A stretch of DNA of 52,668 nucleotides, filler included, from Streblomastix strix (lineage: Eukaryota): assembly GCA_008636045.1 (NCBI GenBank). It is 2 parts of 2 records of this genome, joined end to end, with 100 filler letters (N's around TTAATTAATTAA, not from the genome) between each part and the next. Parts side by side here need not be neighbours in the genome. Positions count along the whole stretch, not along the records: positions 1 to 26,313 come from SNRW01000169.1; 1 more part is not named here. The stretch is one strand, 5' to 3'. The position numbers and the translations under genes are program-made. Below the pieces are notes generated by a model that worked only from the letters and a program-made list of their open reading frames with translations, was not told the DNA's origin and ran no database searches. This document shows, one piece after another, positions 12,207 to 25,759 of this stretch (positions are counted from its first letter, which is position 1; every line of letters begins with the position of its first letter).

Positions 12207-15200
12207 TCAATCAATTTAGTAGTGATCTGCATTAATATCATACATGAATGGAGCGCAACATCCATTGGCTAATACAACCATTTTATTATGAATTCCTGTT
12301 AGCACTGACTTTTCCATACTAATCAAAGACATAATCCCAATTTTCATCTGTAAATTATTAGTTGTCACATTGATGTTACATCCATCATTCAAGCATTTAA
12401 TGTAGTCATTAGTTATTAGATTTGCCTTCTTTTGACTAACCCCTTTCATCCGATTCACTAATGAAACTATGTCATCATTTTGTTCATTTCTATTTTATAG
12501 ACTATAACATTTAGGTGCGAGACAAACGATATTTTCACCCTATGACTCAGTAGTTAAACATATTAATTTCTTCTCTTCAGCAACAGTACAATCATCCCAT
12601 GGCAACCATTCTTTATAGTGATTGCCATAGAACAGCTAGTCTTTGATTATATATACTTCAATCCTTATTTATAACCTTCAATTTTTGATCCTGCAATAGC
12701 TAAATACATTGAGTCAGTATCCATATTACAGAAATGAACTCTATCCGTATTAATACATTTATAGAGGAAGTTGTATACAAAATTTAGATACCAAAACTTG
12801 CTATTGTCTAAAGTAAATACAGCTTCTTGAAGGGGCTTATTACACTTAAATTATCTAGGTGACTCACTAACCATATATTATGCCTCTTCACTAAGGCTCC
12901 CATCAGGATTGTATATATCATCACTTAATTTCCTTGTTGCCTTATGACACTAGTTTAATTATTTGATTGAAGCATGTCGAGCATTATTAAATGATATCTT
13001 ATCAAACTTAGCTTAATTTTATCCTTCTCCTCCAAAAGCACTATTCAGAATTTGCTTGTAGTATAGCGATTTTGTGTCATTATGTTGGCTAATTGCATCC
13101 TATCTCTTAGCCATCATTGTACAGGCAAATGATTCAAAACCTAGATGTTTATCGAATAGGGCTATTGAATCAATGTCATCAATAATTAAATCGCAATAAT
13201 CAATCAAAAACCATAAAATGTAACTAGTGAAACACATAAATTAATTATGTGTTGATAGCAATGCCGTTAGTTTTGTAGTTGATTTGTCTACAGTTAACCC
13301 CTGTGATTTCATCTTATTGTACATAAATTCTCCAATCTATTCAACTGAATTATTGTATGTTAATTTCCTCCATATCGGTGCTAAATTTATGTGTGAATTT
13401 ATACATTTTTCATCAATATGACCTTTAATACGAACACAGAATAGCTATCCTTTGTCATTAAATTTATCATCACTCATAATTATATCGCGAGCTTTCTATT
13501 TTGAACTATTTGATGTGCACTTGAAAGAACTAGTTAATCTACCTGTTTGATATATTCGATTATTTGTATAAGGATTATTTTTGTTGAAGATACCACTAAA
13601 TACACTTGGATAGAGAGAGTTGAAATCTAAATCAAGGATATGAGTGATTATATGAGAAGAATCATATGATGTTATTGTTTTAGTTACATGATTGTATCTA
13701 AATTTATTAATGTGTATGATACCTTTCAAATTACATTAATGATACACATTACACAGTCCACCTTACATACATTCCTTTACCATATTATATACAGACTCAT
13801 TATTAATTGTCATAGGCAAATGTTCATGGATAGCATATTTCATTAATTGTATCTTTAACTTACTAATATCACTATCTTTATCAGCCTTAACTGTATTATA
13901 TATTTAACAAGCAAATTAGTAATTATATTTTGTATGACCAACTGAATTATCAATTTTATCTAATGTAGGTTTGTTTTCTTTAGTGAATTTGTTGCGGCAT
14001 AGATGACATGATTCACTAGCTACTTTATCCCTAATCCAATAGAAATCATCTTCTGTAACATTATTGGTTGTATCTCTTTTTGCATATTCATCTTGATTAA
14101 TATATCCTTTAACTTTGTTATTCCACCAGTATTAAGTAACCTCGAATTATTCAAATCCATTAACTATGTTATAACTTGCATTGATATCGAATTTTTCATA
14201 ACAGTACTTGTTTTTAATTTAACTAGCAATTTAAGCCAGTGGCATACATCCTAACATATCAACTTTCTCTTCCCATGTTATTTGAATTAATTGATTGATC
14301 GAGTTGACCATACATGTAACGTCCCTGATATTATAGTGCTTTAAATACTCCCATCTGTTTTCAAAATTAGTGAAATCATTAACGTATTATTCATAATCTT
14401 CATCACTAATATTCTTATTATTAAGCTTGCAATAGAAATCATCCTTAGTGAATGGAGTTGTTAGTCCTAGGACTAATTTATAGTTATCATAATTCAATGA
14501 ACCATGTGGAAATATACCCTTTGTTAATTTTATACCTATAGTACCAAATTTCTCAACGAATTACTTAAATGTGTTGTTTGGTGGAATGAATGATAATATA
14601 TCAATAAATCTCAAGTCACAATCATAATCTTAATGTGATACTACTGTTTATTTAACTTATGTTGTTGATCTCATGTATTAAATTTTAGTCTTATTTTTAA
14701 TTAGATGTTTGAGTAATAAATTCATATCAAACTTCTTAGAATTGAATCCTATAACTGATACTTGAGGTTTATATGGCTAATAGTTCTTGTCATTGATTTA
14801 TACTTCTGGTATGTTTGATTAATTAGCTTCGTTAACAGTAATAGCAAGTTCAAACAATTAACTTATCCATTATTCAATAAAATCAGTTCCATTTCGTAAA
14901 TCAAAATATAACGTTGTAATTTAATCATTTATTGTTGCAGCTGATGCTACTGATAATCGTTCTAATTAAGCAATTATATTGTCTTCATTAATTATGTTCT
15001 CTACTGTCTCAAAATCAAATGTAATGTAATTCAGAGTAGGTGTTAACTAATCTTATTAGCCTGTTGCTACTAATTTCTAGAGTAACTTATTATTTGATAT
15101 ATGTGGATAATAAGGTTTTGGTAAATGATTTAATTTAACTTATTTAGCTGTCTCAGGACCCTAACAATACTTCAAATGTCTCATAAGATCTCGCTTATAA

Positions 15201-17314
15201 TGTTAGTTCTTGGTATTAAATATCATCTAACAATTATTGGGACAGAGCTTTCCATTAATTACTTTATCAATATCACTAATAAACATTGCATGAATTTCAT
15301 CAACTAATGACAACGGAACTAATAATACATTAACAGTTTGATAGTCCTCGTCAATAATATGTTCGTCAAATTTACTGAATTACTCGGGTTGATTTTATCT
15401 TGTCTTCATCACCTTATCATCATATGTATAAGTAATTACATTTAGTTTGAATTTTTATTGATATTTTTCGAGATCAGTTACATAGTTGAAATCTTTATAT
15501 GATTCGAGTAGCTATTTATTAGCTTTACTTAATCTCTAGCTTGGGTTAATTTCATGGTATTAGAGAAACAGTTTAATAGCATCACTTATCCTACTCTTTG
15601 TTTCAATTATATCAGGGTGTAATGCAAATGATGCAACTAAAAACCAACAAATCTTTTAATCACATTCTATATTTCTAGTGATGCCTTCTTTATTGAAGTG
15701 TTAACATATTTTATCCATTTTAGTACCTGATGGTAATCTATAAACAACAATCAAAAACTAACATGGTGCTACCTTTAATGTTACTCAATCTTCATGAGTT
15801 GTGTCTTAAAAATCTGATAGTAAGTCGACAGCTTTCTATTTGAAATAGTCATTAGTCTGTTTATCTCGAACTACAGTGTTAGGTAAAGTCTTATAACTAT
15901 CATCAGCACTAGGTCCCGTGTGAGAGTAATGATATTCATCTAATGTTTGTTAGTGCTTATAGACTTATTTCTTTTTCTACCAGATAGACCCAAAACTAAT
16001 ATATACTTTATATGACTTAGCTTTCTCTAACTCATATACTTAATCAATTTTATCTTTCAGTTGCTATAAGTCATAGAAATGATTGTAATAGTATTAGATA
16101 TATGGTTCTTTATTGAGTATATCTTTTGACTTCATTAGCTCATCAGATAGTCCGCCAATATTATCTTCATTCTTTTCTTAGAATTTCTATCGTGCCAGAG
16201 CTAATGCAGCATAATAAGTTGATAAGTTCTAAGGTGTGAAGATAACGAATGCTTTCAAATTTAGTTCTCTAATTTTATTTAATTACTCAGTTTTTGATAT
16301 ACTTGGTTCATTAAAGTGATCCTTATGTAATCCATAATATGATTCATTAAGCTTTTTAACTCTTCTATTGAATTCTTTAGCACCTAATTTTGCATCTAAA
16401 TAGCTAAGAATTCTAAATGGTTTTTCACCCTATCGCTTATATCGTTAATTGATGATTAACTATTCTAATTATTCATAGAGCTTATGCCTACGCCATTTGC
16501 CTTAAATCACTTTGGCAGCATTAATTGACTATTTCATTAGTTATTACGCTAAATGTCTTCGATAGTGCTTTTGAATTAGTACAGCTGCTTTATTCTATTT
16601 CTCTAATCTATCCTTCAATTCTTATATCTCTTATTGATGTAACTATTCTTATTAATCTAATTCTTATTAATGTTTCAATTATTATTCAGCTAGTAATTGT
16701 TTATAATTTACATTATTCTCAATTGGCTATTCTTTAGGCTATTCAGTTTCATCATTCAAATCAAATTCTTCTTTCAATATATCATTTATTGTTTATAGTG
16801 ACTCTTGTAACTAATGTATCTAATTAGTGATTTATTGCTAAGCTCGTATCAATTATTGCATACGCTATCTTCTACCACTTTAATCAAATTTTTATTTATA
16901 AATAGCTCTGTATTTAACAGGATTGAATATATCATCATCAGTATTATCAGATTAATCCAATTCATTTATGATATCATCAATGTTTTTGACTAATTGAGGT
17001 TATTGTTTACCATTATTCAACTATTATTACTATTCATCAACTGGTTCTATTAATAGTTGCAATTAGAGTTATTATTATTATTCAACTTAATCTAATTATT
17101 ATTATTATTAACCATTTCTTTCAGCAACAATCTGATTTACAAAAGCTACAATTTCAGTTGTAACAGTTATATGACCTGTATAATGTAATCGGTATAATTC
17201 ATTAGTTAACATGTTTCTTAATTCAACTGATGTATAATTAGATAAATATTGAACTTATAATTGGTCTAGTGAATTTTAAATCTATTATTTATTCATTCTG
17301 TATTTCTCTGCCAT
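12207..17314 (-). pseudogene. Full-length pPolB polyprotein (~1700 aa): coiled-coil/IQ N-terminus, probable terminal-protein region, OTU-like Cys protease, Zn finger, 3'-5' exonuclease, HNH insert, polymerase
   Basis: ATG at 17314 (MAEKYRMNK). Motifs: KICWFLVASFALHP...HAMFISD, CPNNC..HLKYC, ExoI ITFDFET, ExoII GFNSKKFD, ExoIII HYNIRDV, LDFNSLYPS, KQILNSAFG, DTDS. TGA at 12207-12209. Frameshifts near 17070, 16095 and 12650, internal TGA near 15787. Confidence 0.93.
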
Positions 17315-18052
17315 TTTATGAAAAGATAAAAAACTGAATAAACTTCTTTTGCTAGATTTTGGCATAATTTGATATTTTTAATTTTTAATAAATGACATAG
17401 GAATTAAAGTCTTTATTAATATAAATACCATCAATCAAATCAGTTAAAGAATTGCGTTAATTTTTAAGAAAGAATTATGAATTATTATCAACAGTAAGAG
17501 CACTCTCATTGAATAAATATATTACAATACCAGAATTTAAATTTTTACATAAAAATAATCAAATAAATGTATATCATGTTTCATAACATCGATTATACCG
17601 TTGTAAACAATATGAATTATCACCATAAGCGATCAATTAGTTAAGTGATTAGTTGGAAAGCATTAATGAAAATTCTGATAGCAAATCCGTTAACAATTGT
17701 AAAAATCCTTTGAGTACTGACTCTTCGAGCAATTGATTATTTATTATTTTTATCTATAATATTTTTAATTATTGATACGTAAAGTATACCCATATTTGAA
17801 ATTATTTGAAAAATTTTAGTAATTTATTTCATAATATCTTAATACATAACCCCACATCACTATCCTAATTAGTATACATATTAGTGAAGTATATAGTGAT
17901 ATAGACTATACATATAAGTAATTGATATAATTAGTCTATTAGTTAGTTCAGAAATTAGTAGTTAAAATTGTTAAATTTTTCATAAATTTTGAAAATGAGA
18001 TGTTAAATTTTCAAATCATTTTGAATATTTTTGAATAATTTTTAAATATTAA

Positions 18053-18314
18053 TCCATATCATAAGTGTATCACATTGATGAATTGAGTTAATTTGTGGCA
18101 TGGATGTTTGAATAGACTTATCCACATCATAAGTGCATCACATTGCTGAATTGAGCTAATTTGTGGCATGGATGTTTGCTTAGAATTGTCTATATCATTT
18201 ATGTATCACATTGTTGAATTGAGCCTTAGTTGTAATAGTCATTTGGCGCGGAGATTATGGGTACAAATAGCGCGGCAGAATTAAAGCCCTGTGGTACAAC
18301 CCCTATATATTATT
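18053..18314. repeat. Right TIR plus 68-bp subterminal tandem repeats
   Basis: Units start at 18053, 18121 and 18189 (TC.A.ATCAT...TG.ATCACATTG.TGAATTGAG), then the terminal segment ends ...CCCCTATATATTATT. Confidence 0.93.
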
Positions 18315-21300
18315 TCAATTTCTCAATTATTAATGATTCATCTTCTAATTCATTAATATACAATTCATCTATATTAATTGTAGAAATTTAATTCATTAAA
18401 GTATTTATATTATTTTAGTATTACAAAAAATTAAATAAATTTTATTAAATATATTTCTTTTAATTTTAATTTTTGAATATCTTTTATAATTATAAATTTC
18501 ATTGATTCTTTAATTTATTAAAAAAATTTTATTAAAAAAATATGAATTAATCATTTTTAAATATTTCTATAGTTTCTTTTATTTTTAAAATTATTTACTA
18601 CCATTTTGTTTATTTTGAAATCTCTCATTGATTAATTTTATAAAAAATATTTAATTTTTTTTGTGTTTAAAGTAAATATTTAAATTTTACTTCTTCATAT
18701 TAAATATTTAAATTCTTAAATTTAAAAAATTTATTTTACAATAATTAAATAATTCTTTGAAAAAAAATTAATTAAAAAAATATTAATTCAAAAATCATTT
18801 TTTTCGCTCAACTATCCTTCAATTTACCTATACTCTTAATTTACATTAGATATTTTTAAAATTAGAAGAAATTAGTTAATAAGAAATTAAATTTTGTTTT
18901 AATAAAAAAAATTTTAATATTAACTAATTTAATTATAAACTTTTTTTTTTATAAAATTACCAAAATTGAAAAAAATATTTTAGTATCAATTCTCATTCAT
19001 TTTAATCTTATTGATGAATCGGGCGAAAGTCACAATCGTGTCAGAAATCCACTTCTCATGACTTTTGCTCTATCTGGCCATGCATTAACCACTTCACATG
19101 ACTTCAACTGTTTTTATATAAATGCATTTTAAATACAATCGTAGACAGTGACAAAGTCCTTCTTAAGGATTTCAGAAAGAAATGATAAATATTTCTTTTC
19201 AATTTATCCATTTCCAGGGTTTCAGAAGAGAATTGTAATGGTGAATAGTTGAATCTGAGATAATTTAAATAATTTAATTAATTTTATTATACAAATTGTC
19301 TATTAAAATTTTTTTAATAAATAATTTTCATACATTTTCTCTTCTACTGCAGTTTCTATTATCCTACTCATCTTCATATGGAAGATCGATATCCTGTTTA
19401 AAATTTTAAATTATCGCAATTTCTTTCAATTAAATATTTGTAATTTAATTAATCAATATAAAGAATTTTTTTTGATTAAGGGTATTATCATAAATTAATC
19501 AGTAAATATTTTTCATTTCTTTTATAATAATCTCTTTTTAATACTTTTATATTGTCAATTTAATTTTATTTTGAATCAATTGCAATAAATCTCGAAGAAG
19601 AAAGTGGTGATCCTTTAGGTTACACTTCGACTTTATTTTTACTATTTCTTTAATTCCAAGAAAAATTTGAGCGAAACACTTAAGTAAATTATATTTGAAC
19701 TGATCTTGGAGCAAATTTGTAAGTTATAGCAATTGATCTAACAGTTCATAAAATATTTCTATTTTAATAAAAAATTAAAATAATTTTAAAATTTGATTTA
19801 ATTTTAAATTCAATTCAATATTTCATGAGTGTTCAATAAGAGTAGCTTCAAGAACGCATTTCCCAAATAGTGCCAATGTGTGCACCTTACGTATTTCAGA
19901 GTCAGAGAAACTTTCTGAATCGGAATATTCTTCATCGAATAGAAAGATTATTCAATTATTAGGATATATATATTTTGTTTATAATTTTCTTTAACACTAA
20001 AATAATTTTCTTCTGAATAAAAATATATCTTCTTATTTATTATAAATTTATTTTTTCATCTATATCTATACGAAACTCTATTCATAAATTTTTATTATAA
20101 TAAAATTTTATAGATTCTATATTCATATTTTCATAATTTATTATCAAATTCTAACTTTACGAAACATTACATATACTTAGATAAGCGTAAATACTTCCCC
20201 AAATATAAGAAATTAATTCTAAAATTAATTCAAAATAAATATAATAATGAAAATAAAAAATATTTTAGTAATTTAATAATTAATGAAATTTATTTAGTTA
20301 TTCATTTATTTATTATTAAAACAAAATAATTAAAAATTTTAATTTAAATATTTTATTTCTATGATTCAAATTTTTTAAAAAATTAATTGATTTATGATTA
20401 AAAACTAATTAAAATAAAATATTTTTAATTCAAATATTTAAATTTTTAAAGAATAATATAAAATTTTAACTTAAAGCATAACAAATAAATCTTTTTTGAA
20501 AAATATTTATTATTTCGGCTTATTGAATTGTTTCAGTTACTTTTGTTGTTGATATGACAATTCCATTATAAAAAATTATAAGAAATAGTAAAATATGTAA
20601 AAATGCAACTTTATATTTCAAAAAATTCCTATTCTATTTCTTTGAGTTGCCTAATCGACTCCATTTTATTACACTTATTTAATTAGTTCTTACTATCTAT
20701 TTTGCATCCTTTTATGAAAAAGAATTCGTTAAGCGATGAACTATATTGAAATATGTTTCTAATCTCATTTTCATTATAGTTAGTACTATTCAATGTCTTT
20801 TATTCTAAAATTTATCCAATTTTATTTGATATTGAATAAGCATTTATTTGAATATCAACAACTGCAAAATTTTTTCTATTATCTATTTTTTTATTTGTTT
20901 CTACATTCTTCATATTTATTTTATTAATATATTATTTGGAAACTAAATAATTCGAAGTTTTGAATCCATGCTCGATTAAATTATTTGGAGTGAATGTCTT
21001 TAAAATCGAATTAACTCAATCATTTTCATGATGGATATTTTAAATTAAGCTATTTTAGAAATAATATGTACCTCCACATCTTTGCAAGTTCTTCATCTTG
21101 TTTTCTGATGGCTTATTAAATGAAATTTTCTATTTATTCCATTGTGTACTTAGACAAATGAAAATATGTAGGTTTTTCAGAAGGTTTATCCATGTTTTCC
21201 ATATTTTTCTTTCGTCTACGATAAACAAATTAGAATATATAGATGATTATATTCAATGACACTAAAATCACATCAAAACAATTCCATAATTACTTAATTA

Positions 21301-21899
21301 ATGATATGATTCGTATAAGTTATTTAGGAATTGATAAGGAAATTATGGAAACCATGAAATTCACTCCGTAAAATATAGAATTAAAAGTAATTATTAGGAT
21401 ATTCACTATAAAAGTAAATTAATTACTGGCTGTATACAAACTTCAAAAACATTTAAATGATGTAGAAGTAAAATACCATTTTAGATTTCGCTTTCACGTT
21501 ACTAATCTTTGAGTATTAAATTAAGCGAAATTTTATTTTTGCAATTTCTAAACCATAGAAAAATAATAGTACTCTCAAAGTGAGCGCTTTAAAGAGTAAT
21601 AAATAACTTTCGCAGATATTATTATTAATAATGACCCTATATTTCTTATTTTAAGTTAAATTTTTCACTGAGTTTATATCTCCAAAAGCAAATTATTATA
21701 CAAGTCACAAGATTGCGTCGGTATATTTTTCTTTCATAATTATCAAATGAAGTGAAGATCATCTTCTTACTATATCCTATTACGCATTGCTATGATAACA
21801 TATTCTATCCCCATTAATGTGGTGCTTCAATGAGATTTTACTTGAAACATACGTTAGAAAAACCTTATCCTCCAATGCCCTATAGGGTGATTCCTTACA

Positions 21900-23238
21900 T
21901 CTAATTAGATATTTTAATAATATGCATCTGAGGATATTACTGGAAATTTCCTAGAAATGGACGCAAAATAGGAGTATCGTCTAGAGAACTTTAATTATAA
22001 TACTCAGTTTTATAATATCAAGTTTCGAGATCAATGAATTTCACCGATGAAGCTTTGTTCACTATATGATTTGCTGCATTTTTGGACTATCCATCATAAA
22101 AATCTAATGCGCAAGTTAATTATATGAGTAAATTTAGAGATAACACGATTCTCTTCAGTTACCAAAGCAGTTATGAGTTAAATGTGGCTTATTAAATGCT
22201 GCTTCCAGTAGAGAAGTATATGGTGCTAAATTTACTATAGCTAAAGCAGAATGAGTTATTGAAATGTAAATAGGAGTAACTGTTGAGGGTCAACTAATAT
22301 AATAAAAATTTTTCGATAATTCTTAAAGATATGATTTATATATAAAGGCAAGACTTGATTAAGCGTCTATGGATACTGCACGTAGAACTCCGGCTATAAA
22401 ACAAGAACAAATTGATAATGAAATATTGAATGGTGGTTCACAAAAATAAAAAGAAAAAGTAAATTAACAATTAAGTTAAAGCAATCCTATATAATTTTAA
22501 GAACTTCTTCCATGAAGTGCTGTATTCGAAAGAGATACGATAACAAAAACCTCTAAGTGAAATAGTTGCATCTGAAAATTTGAATACAATCTATGTTATA
22601 GGCGCATTAGACTGGGGTCGACTACCATTCAATGATACATATGGAAGACCACCGTTCGTAACTCATCCAACTGGTTACAAATACAGTTAGTTTGGAAATC
22701 TGTAAGCGTAAATGAAAGTAGTTTACTAAGGAGTTGGTAAAATTGGTGTTACAGAAAAGCGAAAAACGAATAAAAATTATATACCAATATCGTAATTATA
22801 AGGTATGTCAGCTGCGTAAGAGAATTTAGCGAAGAAGTTTAGGAAAGGTAACAAGAAGTAAAATAAGAAGAGAGTTTATTTATTTCAATTAATTAAACTA
22901 TTTATTACAATTTATAATTTATAACAATAAGCAAGATTAAATCACAAATTGCTATGAATCTCATGAAAAACAAAACTTGATATAGATCTAACATTTAATA
23001 TAATATGTATGCAATTTTTAAATATTATGATAAAATAAAATAAATTTTTAAAAATGAAATAATAATATAATATAATAAATGAGATAATTAAAAATTATTA
23101 TTGTTTTAAAAAAAATACTAAATTTAAAATTAAGCGTATTCTATAGCTAGTTATCAGAACATAACCATAGTCTCAATATATCAGCTAACATAAATGTTAA
23201 TAGTAACCATATATATAATAAATATGAATAATTGTTTG
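21900..23238 (+). mobile_element. Decayed repeat carrying an intronless hypothetical gene, possibly Maverick-derived
   Basis: Shares two blocks with 2909-3458. Basic C-terminus (GMSAAQENLAKKFRKGNKK). Its right end abuts the truncated kinase. Left boundary uncertain. Confidence 0.5.
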
Positions 23239-23239
23239 C

Positions 23240-24612
23240 TAAGAATGCAAATTCTGTGGAAAGCAGATTGCTGAAACTGGCATCAAAATTCACAGTATGA
23301 ATTTTTTCCTTATTATTTTTATTTTATTTATTATCTTCAGGTTGTTCTTGTAGAGACTATTATATATGGGGCATAAAAATGCCTGAAAAAGATCGATCAA
23401 TTGTTTATTATAATTTCTTATAATATTTAATTAATAATAAAATTATTTTTATTCTGCTTATAAATCCAATTAGCGTGTTTGGGAGATATTTGGTCAAATA
23501 ACACGAACTCTTCATCACCTTCATTCGCACGGTGTAATGCACAGGTTTAAAAATTGAATTTTTAGTTACATTTTGTTATATTGATATTTAATTTATTATG
23601 ACTTTTATAACCTAATAAAATGTAGAGACTTGAAACTTAGCAACATTTTCATGAATGAAGATGGATCTGTTAAATTGGGGTTGCATTTATTTATTATATT
23701 AATCTTCTTATTGTAATTATTAAATTACAGGCAACTTTGGACTTGCCGAAGATTTGATTGAGAAGGATTATGTTACTATGGCTGGAACTAATGCATATAT
23801 GGCACCTGAAGGTCATTTGACAAAGAAGTATGAATCATTCTTTTTTTTTGAAACATAAATAAATTAAATTTATTTTCTTTATACAGACTTAACTTCAAAA
23901 GTGATATTTTCTCACTTGGCATCATAATATTCTAGTTATTAACTGGTTACAACCCATTCGAAGCTCCATCTGAAGCTGAAATGATTGAGAAAATTAAAAA
24001 AGGATAAGCATCAAAGTTGTCTGTATGTGTTTCAGCGGAGATGAAGAAACTTGTTGAATCAATGCTATCAACAGTTTGATAAATAAGTTTATTTTCTAAT
24101 TTCATTTTCATTTTATTAATTATTATATAACTCAGAATGCATCAAAAAGACCAACAACGTAATAAATCATGGAATAAGAAACAATTAGAATATATCTTAA
24201 GATGTAAGAAGATAAAGAAAGAATGAATGAAGAGAAAGAGAAAATGAAATTGGAATTTGAGAATATGAAATCTTAAATGGTTTAAATGCAATAAAAAACG
24301 TTGAAAGCTGAAAAGGAAAAGAAATAGGAAGAAGAAAGGGACTTAATATTTGCAAGAAATTTATAAGAAGAAGAAGAAATAAATTAAAAGAATCGAATTG
24401 AATAATAAATAAGAGAAGAATAAGAAAAATAAAGATAAAAAAATGAAATATTAAACAGATAAATTGAAAGAAATAGGAAAAGAGAAAACATTAAAAAAGA
24501 TGACGTTGGAATGAATGAAGAGGAAATAAGTAAATTTTTTCATCGATTCCATTCCATGCGTATTAGGCGATGGTTAGTTTAGAAGCTCACGTGCCCCATT
24601 TGCAAAACATGA
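23240..24612 (+). pseudogene. NEK-like Ser/Thr kinase with coiled-coil and partial RING-H2 tail, 5'-truncated, with introns
   Basis: Spliced across short GT-AG introns (e.g. 23295-23340): HLHSHGVMHR/DLKLSNIF..VKLG/NFGLA..GTNAYMAPE..KSDIFSLG..PF..KRPT, then HRFHSMRIRRWLVQKLTCPICKT*. DFG is NFG. No Gly-rich loop or hinge. Confidence 0.85.
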
Positions 24613-25149
24613 AGAAAGTCTATCCATAACAAATATTTTTTCAATGAAGCGTTCAATCGCAAAAATAAATCGAGTTTTGTTGATTATTACATTATAATCA
24701 ACATTCAGAATTCTTTATTGATTAATTACATTCTATGGTTTAATTTTTGATTTAAATTTGGTATGATTTAAAATAATTTCAAATTTCCGCACTCTCACAA
24801 GCGCAAACTAGCTGTATGAGTCAATTAGCAGCATATTTAATAAAACAAATATTATATTAACTATTATTGTTACATTTAACTTTGCACCATGTGTGGAATG
24901 AAATCAAAAAAATTAAATCGCGAATTTCCACATCGTTGATTTTGTTGATCTGATTTTACGTCAAAAACGCAATATAAATATATTAATACATATTATTATT
25001 TATTAATATCTCATCCGCATAAACTTTTTATATTTCTTAAAAAAGCAAACTTTTTGAGCTATTTTTAAAATGTTTAATATTTTACATTATTATTATTATC
25101 ATATTACACTTTTTATTGCTCAGACAACATCATTAGAATTTAAACAACT

Positions 25150-25480
25150 AAGATGACAAATTTTTACATAGTCTATCTTGTTTTCAGCATAATCCAAACA
25201 TTATGCGGCATTCAGTCACTCATATTTTCGCTTGCAGATTATTTTCCAAAATATGGATTTGAATTATTAACGATATTTTGGCTGATTAATGGGATTTAAG
25301 TTCTTATATTTGGAACTGAAGGGATTGCTTATTCGGTTTGTAAAGGAGGTAATCGATATAAATTTATTCTGATTATTAGCTCGATATTTGTTGGAATCTT
25401 TTTCTTCTTGTCGATTCTTTTTATAAATCCTTGTGGAATGTTTCTAATTAATTCAAATGAATGCATTTCAAAAAGGAATC
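25150..25480 (-). CDS. Possible terminal exon of a hypothetical host gene
   Basis: About 80 open codons (FLFEMHSFELIRNIPQGFIKRIDKKKK...) under the Gln code. Confidence 0.3.
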
Positions 25481-25759
25481 TGAATTAAAAATAATATTTG
25501 AATGAAATTACATAATCTAATAATATAATAAATGATAAATATAATGCATATTTATTTAGTGGGATCAATATATTAATTCAATCTCTGATTTCTGGAATAA
25601 AGATTATTACTCAATTTGCTTTAAATAATAATAACAATAATAAATATGTTATACTTGTATGCATTATATTATTATATTAATTACATTAAATATTTTAATT
25701 AAACTGATTATAATTTATTATTTTATTTTATTAATAAATTATTATCTTACTTATTTATA

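Larger units (their letters stand above)
11999..18314 (-). mobile_element. ~6.3-kb TIR-bounded element encoding only a pPolB (copy 2, both ends present)
   Basis: Near-perfect ~185-bp inverted termini enclose a single ~5.1-kb polymerase gene and ~0.7 kb of upstream sequence. Confidence 0.92.

Noticed and set aside
13880..14010. HNH insert as an intein or self-splicing intron
   Set aside because: No intein terminal motifs were recognised, and the insert is in frame and positionally conserved in both polymerase families.
17340..18050. Second gene inside the solo element
   Set aside because: Only short (~60-codon) frames with no recognisable motif and no second copy to test. A small decayed gene cannot be excluded.
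18320..21900. Genes in the extremely AT-rich stretch
   Set aside because: Only short, broken coding-like fragments that cannot be assigned by eye.
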